A program made the translations under genes and the position numbers. Below the pieces are notes generated by a model. The model did no database searches and had not been told where the DNA came from. It saw nothing but the letters and a program-made list of their open reading frames with translations. 64,000 nt of DNA, taken from contig JADKBL010000003.1 of NCBI GenBank assembly GCA_016718875.1, forward strand, positions 199,027-263,026. Reading direction: 5' to 3'. Below are positions 1-9,581 of this stretch, one piece after another. The first letter of the stretch is position 1; the number at the start of each line of letters is the position of its first letter. The DNA is from Bacteroidota bacterium (lineage in GTDB: Bacteria; Bacteroidota; Bacteroidia; Bacteroidales; VadinHA17).

Positions 1-171
1 AACCTCTCCAACCTGCTTCTTCTGTAGGAACAGGATGATCCTTTTACCTATCAGCAATGAGATAATAAGCGAAGTAATTACAGCCATGGCCGCACGGAAG
101 GAAATGAACTGAAATACTCCGGCTCCCGGAATATTAAGTGTATCAAGATATTTGAATAAGTAAACCAGCAT
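1..171 (-). CDS. mraY: Phospho-N-acetylmuramoyl-pentapeptide transferase MraY, N-terminal 57 codons (gene runs off the window start)
   Basis: Reverse-strand ATG at 169-171 opens a frame reading MLVYLFKYLDTLNIPGAGVFQFISFRAAMAVITSLIISLLIGKRIILFLQKKQVGEV, a typical MraY N-terminus. It lies 6 nt downstream of murE in the dcw cluster. Confidence 0.8.
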   Translation of the reverse strand, partial: MLVYLFKYLDTLNIPGAGVFQFISFRAAMAVITSLIISLLIGKRIILFLQKKQVGEV

Positions 172-177
172 TATCTT

Positions 178-1635
178 CTATTTTGTTTCAAAAGCTATTT
201 TCAGTTCTTCCCTGTCATCAAAATGGTGTTTCACACCTTTTATCTCCTGGTAATTCTCATGACCTTTACCTGCAATAAGAATCACATCTCCAGGTGCTGC
301 AAGCATTACCGCTGTCCTGATGGCCTCCCTCCTGTCAGCAATCCTGAGTCTCTTTCTTCTTTGATCCGGGCTTATACCCTCCTCCATATCATCCAGGATT
401 TTTTCAGGATCTTCGCTTCTCGGATTATCTGATGTAAGGATCACTTTGCTGCTTCCTTCTGCAGATATTGCAGCCATTTTAGGTCTCTTTGTCTTATCGC
501 GGTCACCGCCGGCGCCAACCACAGTAATCAGCTGTACGCTTCCCTGCCTGATCTTATTTATCGTCTCGATAACATTCAATAGTGCATCGGGTGTATGCGC
601 ATAATCAACAATGCCAGATATACCTTCCGGTGACTTAATAACCTCGAGGCGTCCGGCAACCGGATTAAGGTCACTCAGTATTGTTAGTATTTCTCCCTTG
701 TCAGCACCAAGCAAAGAGGAAGCTCCATAAACTGCCAGCAGGTTTGATGCATTATAGTCACCAATAAATCTTGTCCATAACTCTTCGCCCTGAATCTTCA
801 TTCCCATGCCGGTGAATCCCTGTTCAAGGATTGAACATCTGAAATCAGCCATCGATCTGACAGAAAATGTATTGTGTGAAGCTTTGCAGTTCTGTAGCAT
901 CACCCGGCCGTTCCTGTCATCAATGTTGACCAGTGCAAAAGCAGTTGGTTCAAGAGAATCGAAAAAGCTTTTCTTGGCTGCGAGGTAATTATCGAATGTC
1001 TTGTGATAATCAAGATGATCGTGTGTGAGGTTAGTGAAAATTCCTCCCGCAAATTTTAACCCTGCAATTCTCTTCTGATCAGCGGAATGTGAACTTACCT
1101 CCATAAAAGCATAGTCGCACCCGGCCGTAACCATTTCAGCAAGAAGCATATTGAGCTGGATCGGGTCAGGGGTGGTATGTGTTGCCGGCAATTCCTTACC
1201 ATTGATATAATTGCATACTGTTGAGAAAAGTCCGCATTTATAACCAAGTCTCATAAACATGTTATAGAGCAGGGTTGCAATGGTTGTCTTCCCGTTTGTT
1301 CCGGTGACGCCAACCAGTTTCATTGATCGTGAAGGGTTTACGTAGAAATTGGATGCAGAGAGACCGAGTGCTTTAGCTGTATCGGATGTTCTGATCCAGC
1401 TTACACCATTGTCCGGCTTATCAGGAAGAGTTTCACAGACTATTGCAGAAGCGCCCGAAGCCACTGCCTGAGAAATAAAATTATGACCATCGGTACTGAC
1501 GCCTCTGACTGCGACAAAGAGAGATCCGGGAATGACTTTCCTCGAATCAAATTCCACAGCAGCAATTTCCAATGAAGAATCGCCTGTGAAAGAAATCACA
1601 TCAATACCCTCCAGTATGTTTTCCAGTTTCATCAT
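178..1635 (-). CDS. murE: UDP-N-acetylmuramoyl-L-alanyl-D-glutamate--2,6-diaminopimelate ligase
   Basis: 485-aa ORF with the Mur ligase P-loop GVTGTNGKTT and the DAP-type DNPRSEDP motif. Position in the dcw cluster supports the call. Confidence 0.93.
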   Translation of the reverse strand: MMKLENILEGIDVISFTGDSSLEIAAVEFDSRKVIPGSLFVAVRGVSTDGHNFISQAVASGASAIVCETLPDKPDNGVSWIRTSDTAKALGLSASNFYVNPSRSMKLVGVTGTNGKTTIATLLYNMFMRLGYKCGLFSTVCNYINGKELPATHTTPDPIQLNMLLAEMVTAGCDYAFMEVSSHSADQKRIAGLKFAGGIFTNLTHDHLDYHKTFDNYLAAKKSFFDSLEPTAFALVNIDDRNGRVMLQNCKASHNTFSVRSMADFRCSILEQGFTGMGMKIQGEELWTRFIGDYNASNLLAVYGASSLLGADKGEILTILSDLNPVAGRLEVIKSPEGISGIVDYAHTPDALLNVIETINKIRQGSVQLITVVGAGGDRDKTKRPKMAAISAEGSSKVILTSDNPRSEDPEKILDDMEEGISPDQRRKRLRIADRREAIRTAVMLAAPGDVILIAGKGHENYQEIKGVKHHFDDREELKIAFETK

Positions 1636-1636
1636 A

Positions 1637-3751
1637 TCACATATTCATTTCAAGCGACACCGTTGTTCCTTCAAAATACCTTGAACCGTGTTCCGGTGAC
1701 TGTCTTAAAACCCGGCCCTTACCACTATATCTGACTTTCAGTCCTGCATTTTCAAGAAGAAAAACTGCATCTCTGAGACTCATTCCGCGAACATCCGGGA
1801 TAAGGCCATCCTGCAATTTCACAGATGCCAGCCGGATAGTATCTCCGCTTTCCCTGGTTGCAACCCAGTCTTCCGAAGAGGTTCTTTTATATCTTACATC
1901 AAATTCACCCAGTACTTCATCAATATCATCACGGTATCCATTGCCTGCTTCCGGGGCTACCTGCTTAAGATCCTTTTTGTTTTCAGTGATGTAATCGCGG
2001 TAGAACCTTGTTGCATATACCCTGTCGGAAATCTCCCTGAACACTGAACCTGCAACGATATTGCCGTAATAAACTCCGTTCGAAGGTGCGTTTACCACAA
2101 CTATGCACGAATACAGAGGATTTTCTGCCGGGAAATAACCTACAAAGGAGGCCTGATATGAAATCCTTGCACCCTGCCTGTAACCCCTGTTGCCCTTTGC
2201 AATCTGTGCTGTACCTGTCTTACCTGCGATCTTATAATTAGAATTTTTAAGGTTAATTGCTGTTCCGTATTCCACAACTCCCTCCATCATACTCTTTGCC
2301 TTTTTTATTGTTGACCGGGAGGCAATTGAGTTGACAATAACCTCAGGTTCAAATTTCCTTATAACAGAACCATTGCGCAGGACTTCAGTAACAAATCTTG
2401 GCTTCATCATCTTCCCGTCATTTGCAACAGCGTTATAGAAAGTAAGTACCTGCAAAGGCGTCATCTGCACCTCATATCCGTGTGACATCATCGGCAATGA
2501 CAGTCCCGACCAGAGCTTATCCCCGGGATATCTGATAAGAGGAGCTCCCTCACCCTGCAGCTGAAGATCAAGTTTCTGATTGAGCCTCATTGCATAGAGC
2601 CTGTCAACAAAAGCCTTAGGATTGTCTTTATAATGATCATAGATAATTTTCGATGTGCCTACATTGGAAGATTTTTCAAAAACCTGCTTTACGCTTATCT
2701 TGCCATTACCCCCCTCTTTAGTATCGTGGATAATCTTATTGTAATATTTGACTGTACCGGTTCCGGTATCTACTATATCGCTTGTGTCGATAACTCCATC
2801 TTCCAGGGCTGCCATTAAAGCCGGAAGTTTAAACGTAGAACCGGGTTCAGTGCTTTCCCCGATTGCATAATTGTATGTCTCGTGATATGCACCATCACCT
2901 CCAACTTCCAGGTTTGCAATTGCTTTTATATCGCCTGTTTTAACCTCCATAAGAACAGCACAACCGTGATGTGCATTGTGTTTCCTGAGCTGGTTCATTA
3001 AAGCTGTTGTTGCCACATCCTGAAGGTCGACAACAAGAGTTGTGACAACATCATTTCCATCCTTTGAGTCAACAGAGCTGGCATCTTCAACAATGATCCA
3101 GTCGCCGCCAATGAGCCTTTGCCTTACTGCGACGCCATTTTTTCCGGCAAGATCACCGTCAAATGCGCCTTCAACACCAACTTCATTCCCCTCACTGCCA
3201 AGATTCAGATAACCTATTGTCCTTGCAGCCAGATCATTATTAGGAAGGATCCTTCTGTTTTCAGCCTGTGCAACCATGCCTCCCTTGAATTGCCCCTCTC
3301 TGAAAATCGGAAGTTCCTTGAGTTTCTTAAGAGTTTCGTAATCTACCTTGCGCTTTATCAGAAAATAGCGGTCGCCCCTTCTTCTGGCTTCTGTTATCAC
3401 AGTTTTCCATCCGGCAGGTGAGCGTTCACCAACAAGCCGGGAAAGGCCGGCACATAAACCGTTAATCCCGTTCGACCATGTTGAACCCGTCATACCGGAG
3501 CTGCGGGTGTCCATATAGATTGTGTAATAAGGAACTGAGCTGGCCAGCAAACGTCCGTTAGCAGCAAGAATATCACCCCTGTTTGCCTGCACTTCAGTAG
3601 TTTTGAAAACATACTTTTCGCTCATGTCGGCCCACTTGTTATGCTGCACAAACTGGAGGATAAGGATGCGTATAAGGACAGCAACAGCCAGCAGGACTAT
3701 TCCCACATAGACCACACCGCTCCTCCATACTATTTCGTCCCTTACTGCCAT
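1637..3751 (-). CDS. ftsI: Cell-division penicillin-binding protein (FtsI/PBP3-like transpeptidase) with C-terminal PASTA-like domain
   Basis: 704 aa with an N-terminal TM helix and the SxxK (STFK), SSN and KTGT transpeptidase motifs. It lies between the ftsL-like gene and murE. Confidence 0.9.
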   Translation of the reverse strand: MAVRDEIVWRSGVVYVGIVLLAVAVLIRILILQFVQHNKWADMSEKYVFKTTEVQANRGDILAANGRLLASSVPYYTIYMDTRSSGMTGSTWSNGINGLCAGLSRLVGERSPAGWKTVITEARRRGDRYFLIKRKVDYETLKKLKELPIFREGQFKGGMVAQAENRRILPNNDLAARTIGYLNLGSEGNEVGVEGAFDGDLAGKNGVAVRQRLIGGDWIIVEDASSVDSKDGNDVVTTLVVDLQDVATTALMNQLRKHNAHHGCAVLMEVKTGDIKAIANLEVGGDGAYHETYNYAIGESTEPGSTFKLPALMAALEDGVIDTSDIVDTGTGTVKYYNKIIHDTKEGGNGKISVKQVFEKSSNVGTSKIIYDHYKDNPKAFVDRLYAMRLNQKLDLQLQGEGAPLIRYPGDKLWSGLSLPMMSHGYEVQMTPLQVLTFYNAVANDGKMMKPRFVTEVLRNGSVIRKFEPEVIVNSIASRSTIKKAKSMMEGVVEYGTAINLKNSNYKIAGKTGTAQIAKGNRGYRQGARISYQASFVGYFPAENPLYSCIVVVNAPSNGVYYGNIVAGSVFREISDRVYATRFYRDYITENKKDLKQVAPEAGNGYRDDIDEVLGEFDVRYKRTSSEDWVATRESGDTIRLASVKLQDGLIPDVRGMSLRDAVFLLENAGLKVRYSGKGRVLRQSPEHGSRYFEGTTVSLEMNM

Positions 3752-3754
3752 ATT

Positions 3755-4114
3755 CTATTTCTTGTTAACAAGCAACTTATAGGGAGGAGTCTTAAGCTCC
3801 TCAAGGTTTAGTCCCTTCTCCCTTATCAGACTGTATACCTGCGACTGTCGGCTTACAAACATCAGGTCTGCTGATGTTGAAAGCGACTCTGCCCGCAGGT
3901 CTTTTACTTCGCGCTGCAGCCTTGACGTCTCCCGGGTTATCTTTTCTGCATGAAACCTGTTTGCGATGTAGACGGCAGCCAGGAATGTGACCATGGAGAT
4001 ATATCCCAGGTTTTTAAGGATTATTTTCTCCGAAACCATCGATCCGCTAAGGAGTTCCTTTAAAAAGGCACCCGCCTTAGGCTGCTTTACGCTATTTTCT
4101 TTTTTCTCTGCCAT
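3755..4114 (-). CDS. FtsL-like small bitopic cell-division protein
   Basis: 119 aa with a single TM helix followed by a coiled-coil-like segment. It occupies the conserved slot between rsmH and ftsI. I saw no diagnostic motif. Confidence 0.6.
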   Translation of the reverse strand: MAEKKENSVKQPKAGAFLKELLSGSMVSEKIILKNLGYISMVTFLAAVYIANRFHAEKITRETSRLQREVKDLRAESLSTSADLMFVSRQSQVYSLIREKGLNLEELKTPPYKLLVNKK

Positions 4115-4115
4115 G

Positions 4116-5012
4116 TCAGATCTTCTCAGCTATTCTCAGCCGGGCACTCCTCGACCTGTTGTTTGAACTTATCTCGTCCTCCCCCGGAGTGATCCCCTTT
4201 TTTGTGATCATTCTGAAAGGAGTTTCGACATTCCCGTAAAAATCCTTTTTCTCTTCCCCCGCAAAATTCCCCGAGCGCATAAAGTTTTTTACAAGCCTGT
4301 CCTCGAGTGAGTGATATGTTATCACTACCAGCCTGCCTCCGGTATTCAGCATTGTAAGCGACTGTTCAAGCATCTCCTGCAGGTAATCGATCTCGTGATT
4401 TACGGCAATTCGCAGCGACTGGAAGATCCTGGCATAAAACTTATGCTCCTGTCTGAAGGGGGCCAGTTTCCCTATCGCCTGAATTATATCATTCACAGAC
4501 TTAAAAGGTTTTGTCTCCCTTGCAGCAACTATTTCCCTGGCTATCCTTCGGGAGTTTGTGAACTCCCCGTAGTTATAAAAAATATCGGCAAGGGATTCTT
4601 CATCAGATGTATTGAGAAGAATTGCAGCTGTGACCTTTCCGTTCTTATTCATCCTCATGTCAAGTGGTGCATCCTGTCTGAAAGTGAATCCACGTTCAGC
4701 TTCATCAAACTGATGGAATGAGACACCCAGGTCTGCAATTAATCCGTCAACTGAGCTGATGTTGTTGAAGAGAAGATTGTTTTTTAGAAATCTGAAGTTC
4801 TGATCAAGGAAAAGGATTCTTTTATCATCGGGGACGTTCAGCTTTGCATCATCGTCCTGGTCAAATGCTATAAGCCTTCCGGTTGTCAGTCTTTTCAGAA
4901 TCTCCATTGAATGTCCTCCTCCACCGAATGTTACATCGACATAAATCCCGTCGGGCTTTATATTCAGCCCATCAATACTCTCTGTGAGCAGTGCGGGAAT
5001 ATGATACACCAT
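4116..5012 (-). CDS. rsmH: 16S rRNA (cytosine1402-N4)-methyltransferase
   Basis: 298 aa with the SAM-binding motif TFGGGGHS and HSLEDR. It sits in the mraZ-rsmH pair. Confidence 0.93.
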   Translation of the reverse strand: MVYHIPALLTESIDGLNIKPDGIYVDVTFGGGGHSMEILKRLTTGRLIAFDQDDDAKLNVPDDKRILFLDQNFRFLKNNLLFNNISSVDGLIADLGVSFHQFDEAERGFTFRQDAPLDMRMNKNGKVTAAILLNTSDEESLADIFYNYGEFTNSRRIAREIVAARETKPFKSVNDIIQAIGKLAPFRQEHKFYARIFQSLRIAVNHEIDYLQEMLEQSLTMLNTGGRLVVITYHSLEDRLVKNFMRSGNFAGEEKKDFYGNVETPFRMITKKGITPGEDEISSNNRSRSARLRIAEKI

Positions 5013-5014
5013 TG

Positions 5015-5479
5015 CTATTGAGACTCATTTAAACTACCACCCATGAGTTTTTCAGCCAGGTTGGCGAAATCTTCAGCAGGCATATCGATCTTATCATAAA
5101 CTGCTGCGGCCCAAATTTCAATTCTTCCATCCTGGCCTGCCAGCACAACATCTCTTTCTGCTCCGATCAGATCCATAAGCCTTTTCGGTATAAGGAGACG
5201 GTTGCTGTTATCAAGTGAGAGCTCTGCGGTCCCTTTGAAAAAATTCCTAAGGAACATATTGTGCTCTCGGTTGTATGGATTCATGCGTTTTCTGATCTTC
5301 TCGAGCTGGCGGTTCCAGTCTTCAATTGAATAGAGTACAAGGCAATTCTCGAAAATATCTTTCCTGACCACAAAATGATCCTGTGCATCAGCAGGCATCT
5401 GCTTTTTGAATGCCATCGGGAGGATTATCCTCCCCTTAACATCCACTTTACACGTGTAATCACCGATAAATGTGGCCAT
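5015..5479 (-). CDS. mraZ: Transcriptional regulator MraZ
   Basis: 154 aa with duplicated SpoVT/AbrB-like halves (DVKGRIILP and DNSNRLLIP). It is the first gene of the dcw cluster. Confidence 0.93.
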   Translation of the reverse strand: MATFIGDYTCKVDVKGRIILPMAFKKQMPADAQDHFVVRKDIFENCLVLYSIEDWNRQLEKIRKRMNPYNREHNMFLRNFFKGTAELSLDNSNRLLIPKRLMDLIGAERDVVLAGQDGRIEIWAAAVYDKIDMPAEDFANLAEKLMGGSLNESQ

Positions 5480-5520
5480 TCCCGCTTTTTCCAGTAAAAC
5501 CGCTAAAATAAATAATTTTT

Positions 5521-5549
5521 ACCCACTTTGCTCCACTTTGCCCCACTTT
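5521..5549 (-). promoter_or_regulatory. Putative MraZ operator: three direct GTGG[GA] boxes with 10-nt periodicity
   Basis: The minus strand reads AAAGTGGGGC AAAGTGGAGC AAAGTGGGT, 42-70 nt upstream of the mraZ ATG. This matches the published MraZ box pattern of phased GTGGG / AAAGTG repeats. Confidence 0.55.
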
Positions 5550-5651
5550 TTTACATTTTTGTTAATAACTTTTATGATCTGTTTTCAGTATGATTCTCGC
5601 ATTTTGGGGATTTCTGCAATTATTTTAGGAATATTTGAAAATTAAAATCCA

Positions 5652-5756
5652 TTAACCACAGAGATCACTAAGAATAAACACAGAGGTCACAAAGAAATAA
5701 TATTCAGGGCTTTACCTTTGTGTCCTCAGTGTAAACTCAGTGTCCTCTGTGGTTAA
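5652..5756. repeat. Palindromic intergenic element built of CACAGAG / CACAAAG words (two inverted ~42-nt arms)
   Basis: Left arm 5652-5694 reads TTAACCACAGAGATCACTAAGAATAAACACAGAGGTCACAAAG. The reverse complement of right arm 5716-5756 reads TTAACCACAGAGGACACTGAGTTTACACTGAGGACACAAAG. A third copy of the unit is at 44099-44142. Confidence 0.8.
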
Positions 5757-5829
5757 AATATACTATTTCAACATCCTCGGTTTTTTTGTATTTTCGAAAC
5801 TGCATTTCAGTTAACTGCTACAGCCAGGT

Positions 5830-6681
5830 ATGGAAACCCAAAACGGTAAATCAGAACCGATAAAAATTGACGTTGAGAAGGTACTGACTTCCAAGAATCC
5901 GGCTTTAGGTAAGATGATACCCGGGTTCTTTATCCGGTATCTTAAAAAGATTGTTCATCAGGATGAGCTGAATTATTTCCTTGCCAACAACAGTCACCTG
6001 AAAAATCAGGAACTGATAGCATCATTTCTGAAATTTCTGAAAATTAAATACACTGTTACGGGAACAGAAAGCATTCCCTCCGGGGGCAGGTACATTTTTG
6101 TATCAAATCATCCTCTTGGAGGGCTCGACGGAATAGTTTTCATAAATGAGCTTTCAAAGCACTATCCAGACATCAAATTTCCTGTAAATGACATTCTTAC
6201 ATACATTGGAAATCTCTCGGGCATCTTTCTTCCTGTAAACAAACACGGCAGCCAGGAAAAAGAGGCGGCAAAACTTCTGGAAACAGCTTATGCTTCGGAC
6301 AATCAGATCCTGTACTTTCCTGCCGGGCTATGCTCCAGGAAGAAGAAGGGACAAATAAAGGATCTTCAATGGCACAAAAGCTTTATTACCAAGGCTATAC
6401 AACATAAAAGAGACATAATTCCTGCTTACTTTTCAGGAAGGAATTCTGACTTTTTTTATAATCTTTCCAACATCAGAAAGAGTATCGGGGTGAAAGCCAA
6501 CATTGAGATGCTCTACCTTGCTGATGAAATGTTCCTGCAGAAAGACAAGGAGATAAGTCTTGTATTCGGTGAAAAAATTCCATGGCAGACATTTGACAAG
6601 TCGAAGACTCCGCCTGAATGGGCAGAGTGGGTAAAATCAAAATGCTATGAACTGTCAGTGAGAATTCCTCATATGGAATGA
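5830..6681 (+). CDS. PlsC-family lysolipid O-acyltransferase (GlsA/OlsA-like)
   Basis: 283 aa with the acyltransferase HX4D box as SNHPLGGLDG. It lies immediately upstream of a GNAT-type N-acyltransferase, the arrangement of the Bacteroides glycine-lipid glsA/glsB pair. Confidence 0.7.
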   Translation: METQNGKSEPIKIDVEKVLTSKNPALGKMIPGFFIRYLKKIVHQDELNYFLANNSHLKNQELIASFLKFLKIKYTVTGTESIPSGGRYIFVSNHPLGGLDGIVFINELSKHYPDIKFPVNDILTYIGNLSGIFLPVNKHGSQEKEAAKLLETAYASDNQILYFPAGLCSRKKKGQIKDLQWHKSFITKAIQHKRDIIPAYFSGRNSDFFYNLSNIRKSIGVKANIEMLYLADEMFLQKDKEISLVFGEKIPWQTFDKSKTPPEWAEWVKSKCYELSVRIPHME

Positions 6682-6721
6682 ACAAAATTTACTAAATTGC
6701 ATTCTATATAAAAAGATCTGA

Positions 6722-7684
6722 ATGAAACCCGTTGTCGGACAGCTTCCCAAGGAGCAGATTATTGCAGAACTAACGCCTGACAGACTGTTGCGCAAGACTA
6801 ACAATGGCAACAATGAGGTATATATCTTCGATAATAACACCTCTCCTGTCCTTATGCATGAAGTTGGCCGGGTAAGGGAATTGACATTCCGACATGCCGG
6901 AGGAGGAACAGGTCATGAGATTGATATAGATGATTTTGATACTGCACAGGTAGATCCCCAGAGACAGCTAATAGTCTGGGATCCTGAAAACAAGGAGATG
7001 ATTGGAGGATACAGGTTTTATTTTCCTCCTAAAAACTGCAGTAACTGTGACATTTCAAAGCTTGCCTCATCTTCGTATTTTCATTTCTCTGATAAATTTC
7101 TCAGAAAGTATTATCCGCACCTGATGGAACTTGGAAGGTCTTTTGTACATCCCGATTACCAGTCGCGGGCGATGGGCAGGAGAAGTCTCTTTGCACTGGA
7201 TAATCTCTGGGATGGGCTTGGTGCGCTGATGCTCGACAACCATCATCTGAAATATCTGTTTGGCAAGGTAACAATGTATCCTCACTTTAACCAGAAAGCC
7301 AGGAACATGATCCTCTATTTCCTTAATAAGCATTTTCATGATCCTGACAGGCTTGTAGTACCTAAAGAACCTGCCAATATTGAGATCCATTCTGATGAGA
7401 TGAAAAAACTCTTCAATAAATGGCGATATAAGGATAATTACAAAATCCTGTCACGGGAAGTAAGAAACCTTGGTGAAAACATCCCTCCGCTTATAAATGC
7501 CTACATGAACCTGTCACCCACAATGAGGACGTTTGGTACTTTTATAAATCACAAATTCGGAGATGTTGAGGAGACCGGGATAATGATTACAATGAGAGAT
7601 ATGTATGTTGAGAAGATCAACAGGCATATGGCTTCCTACAAAAATGACTTTATGATCACCTGGTTCTCGCATGAGAATCAGTAA
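6722..7684 (+). CDS. GNAT-family N-acyl amino acid synthase (GlsB/OlsB/hemolysin-like)
   Basis: 320 aa. Its length and pairing with the PlsC-like gene resemble N-acyl glycine/ornithine lipid synthases. The family call comes from overall sequence resemblance, not a single motif. Confidence 0.6.
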   Translation: MKPVVGQLPKEQIIAELTPDRLLRKTNNGNNEVYIFDNNTSPVLMHEVGRVRELTFRHAGGGTGHEIDIDDFDTAQVDPQRQLIVWDPENKEMIGGYRFYFPPKNCSNCDISKLASSSYFHFSDKFLRKYYPHLMELGRSFVHPDYQSRAMGRRSLFALDNLWDGLGALMLDNHHLKYLFGKVTMYPHFNQKARNMILYFLNKHFHDPDRLVVPKEPANIEIHSDEMKKLFNKWRYKDNYKILSREVRNLGENIPPLINAYMNLSPTMRTFGTFINHKFGDVEETGIMITMRDMYVEKINRHMASYKNDFMITWFSHENQ

Positions 7685-9579
7685 GCCCTCACATTCCTGC
7701 CCTCTATATAGTTTATAAATGACTGGTTTACAACCTTGTTTCCTCCGGGAGTCGGGTAATTGCCTGTAAAGTACCAGTCGCCGAGATGATCGGGACATGC
7801 CTGGTGAAGTCCTTCAATTGACTGGAATACTATTTCAACCTCGGACTTAATTTCATCGGACCTGAGCATTGAAGATATCTTTGCCGAGATCTCCTCAGAG
7901 GTAAAGGGTTTATATATCTGCTTAACAACATTTATCATTTCATCAACAGGCTTCTGAAGCTCCTGAATGGCTTCCTGATATATTGTCTGGATAAGTGCAT
8001 CACGGCCATTATCCTTAAGAAGTTCAACAGCAGCCTTAAAGGCAATGAAGTCACCAAGCTTTGCCATGTCGATGCCATAACAATCGGGGTACCGGATCTG
8101 TGGTGAGGACGAGACGATAACAATTTTGCGCGGATCGAGCTTGTCGAGAATACGGATAATACTCTTTTTAAGTGTTGTGCCCCTTACAATTGAATCATCA
8201 ATTGCAACAAGGTTATCTACACCCCTCCTTATAACTCCGTATGTAACATCATATACGTGTCCGACAAGATCATCGCGACCTTTATCTTCAGTTATAAAAG
8301 TGCGGAGTTTAGCATCCTTCACAGCTATTTTTTCAACCCGCGGACGCTGCCTTATTATTTTCTCAAGCTCCTCCCTCGTAAGGTTATTGCCTTTGGATGC
8401 GATCGTATCAATTTTCGACTGGTTGAGATAATCCTCTACTCCTTTTATTAGTCCGTAAAATGCACTTTCGGCAGTATTCGGAATATATGAAAATACAGTG
8501 TTGTCCAGATCAAAATTTACAGCCTTAAGCACTGGCAATGTAAGAAGCTCACCAAGCTTTTTTCTCTCCCTGTATATTGTCTTGTCAGTTCCTCTGGAGA
8601 AGTAGATCCTCTCAAAAGAGCATTTTCTTTGTTCGTTCTCTTCCCTGAGTTTAACAACAGAGGTTTCTCCCGATGCCTTGATAATAACTGCACTTGCAGG
8701 CGGTATCTCCTTCACAAAATCTGTCCTGACATTGAATATAGTCTGTATAACAGGCCTTTCTGAAGCCACAACAACAACCTCATCGTCAATATAATAATAT
8801 GCTGGCCTTATTCCTGCCGGATCTCTCATCACAAATGCATCCCCGTGTCCTACCATTCCTGCCATTGCATATCCGCCATCCCAGTTGCGGCTTGCCTTTT
8901 GAAGAATCAGAGCCAGATCAAGATTTTTTTCAATCAGAGGGGAAATATCCTTTTTTGAATAGCCTTTCTCCTTGAACTGCCAGTAAAGACGTTCATTTTC
9001 CTCATCGAGTCTGTGACCAACATTTTCAAGAATTGTTACAGTATCGGAAAAATCGACAGGATTCTGGCCAAGCCTTACCAGGCTGCTGAAGACCTCACCA
9101 ACATTAGTAAGGTTGAAATTGCCTGCCATTACAAGATTCCTCGACCTCCAGTTATTCTCACGGCTCACGGGATGCACATAATCGATATTGTAATTTCCAT
9201 AGGTTCCGTAGCGTAAATGGCCAAGATAAACATCACATGCAAAAGGAACTTTATCCCTTACAAAACCCGGATTTCTGAAGTCATTCCCATTTATATTCAA
9301 CAATGCATCAATATCATCATATATCATTCCGAAGATCTCCTTGATAGGATTTGCCTGGTTTGATCTCTGTCTGAAAATATATCTGTTCCCGGGAGGCATA
9401 TTGAGTTTGATCCCTGCAAGCCCTGCTCCGTCCTGCCCCCTGTTGTGCTGCTTTTCCATCATGAGGTACATCTTCTGCAGACCATAGTTCCATGTTCCGT
9501 ATTTTTCAATATAATACTCCATCGGCTTTCGCAATCTTAACATTGCAATGCCGCATTCATGCTTGATCCTGTCACTCAT
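7678..9579 (-). CDS. purF: Amidophosphoribosyltransferase (long Bacteroidota-type PurF)
   Basis: 633 aa with an N-terminal Ntn-amidotransferase start (KHECGIAML) and a C-terminal PRTase-type fold (DDSIVRGTT). Confidence 0.85.
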   Translation of the reverse strand: MSDRIKHECGIAMLRLRKPMEYYIEKYGTWNYGLQKMYLMMEKQHNRGQDGAGLAGIKLNMPPGNRYIFRQRSNQANPIKEIFGMIYDDIDALLNINGNDFRNPGFVRDKVPFACDVYLGHLRYGTYGNYNIDYVHPVSRENNWRSRNLVMAGNFNLTNVGEVFSSLVRLGQNPVDFSDTVTILENVGHRLDEENERLYWQFKEKGYSKKDISPLIEKNLDLALILQKASRNWDGGYAMAGMVGHGDAFVMRDPAGIRPAYYYIDDEVVVVASERPVIQTIFNVRTDFVKEIPPASAVIIKASGETSVVKLREENEQRKCSFERIYFSRGTDKTIYRERKKLGELLTLPVLKAVNFDLDNTVFSYIPNTAESAFYGLIKGVEDYLNQSKIDTIASKGNNLTREELEKIIRQRPRVEKIAVKDAKLRTFITEDKGRDDLVGHVYDVTYGVIRRGVDNLVAIDDSIVRGTTLKKSIIRILDKLDPRKIVIVSSSPQIRYPDCYGIDMAKLGDFIAFKAAVELLKDNGRDALIQTIYQEAIQELQKPVDEMINVVKQIYKPFTSEEISAKISSMLRSDEIKSEVEIVFQSIEGLHQACPDHLGDWYFTGNYPTPGGNKVVNQSFINYIEGRNVRAY

Positions 9580-9581
9580 AA

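Noticed and set aside
223-432. Short plus-strand ORFs inside murE and ftsI (223-432, 806-988, 2633-2818, 3119-3421) and many similar 60-190-aa antisense ORFs throughout the track, for example 40341-40919 and 42423-43001 inside the giant gene
   Set aside because: They lie antisense or out of frame within long ORFs that have strong motif support. Their translations are low-complexity or Cys/Ser/Leu-rich and have no recognisable motifs. They are the usual shadow ORFs.
1-1635. Absence of murF between murE and mraY as an anomaly
   Set aside because: To my knowledge murE followed directly by mraY is the normal Bacteroidota dcw arrangement, with murF encoded elsewhere. I used it only as taxonomic evidence.
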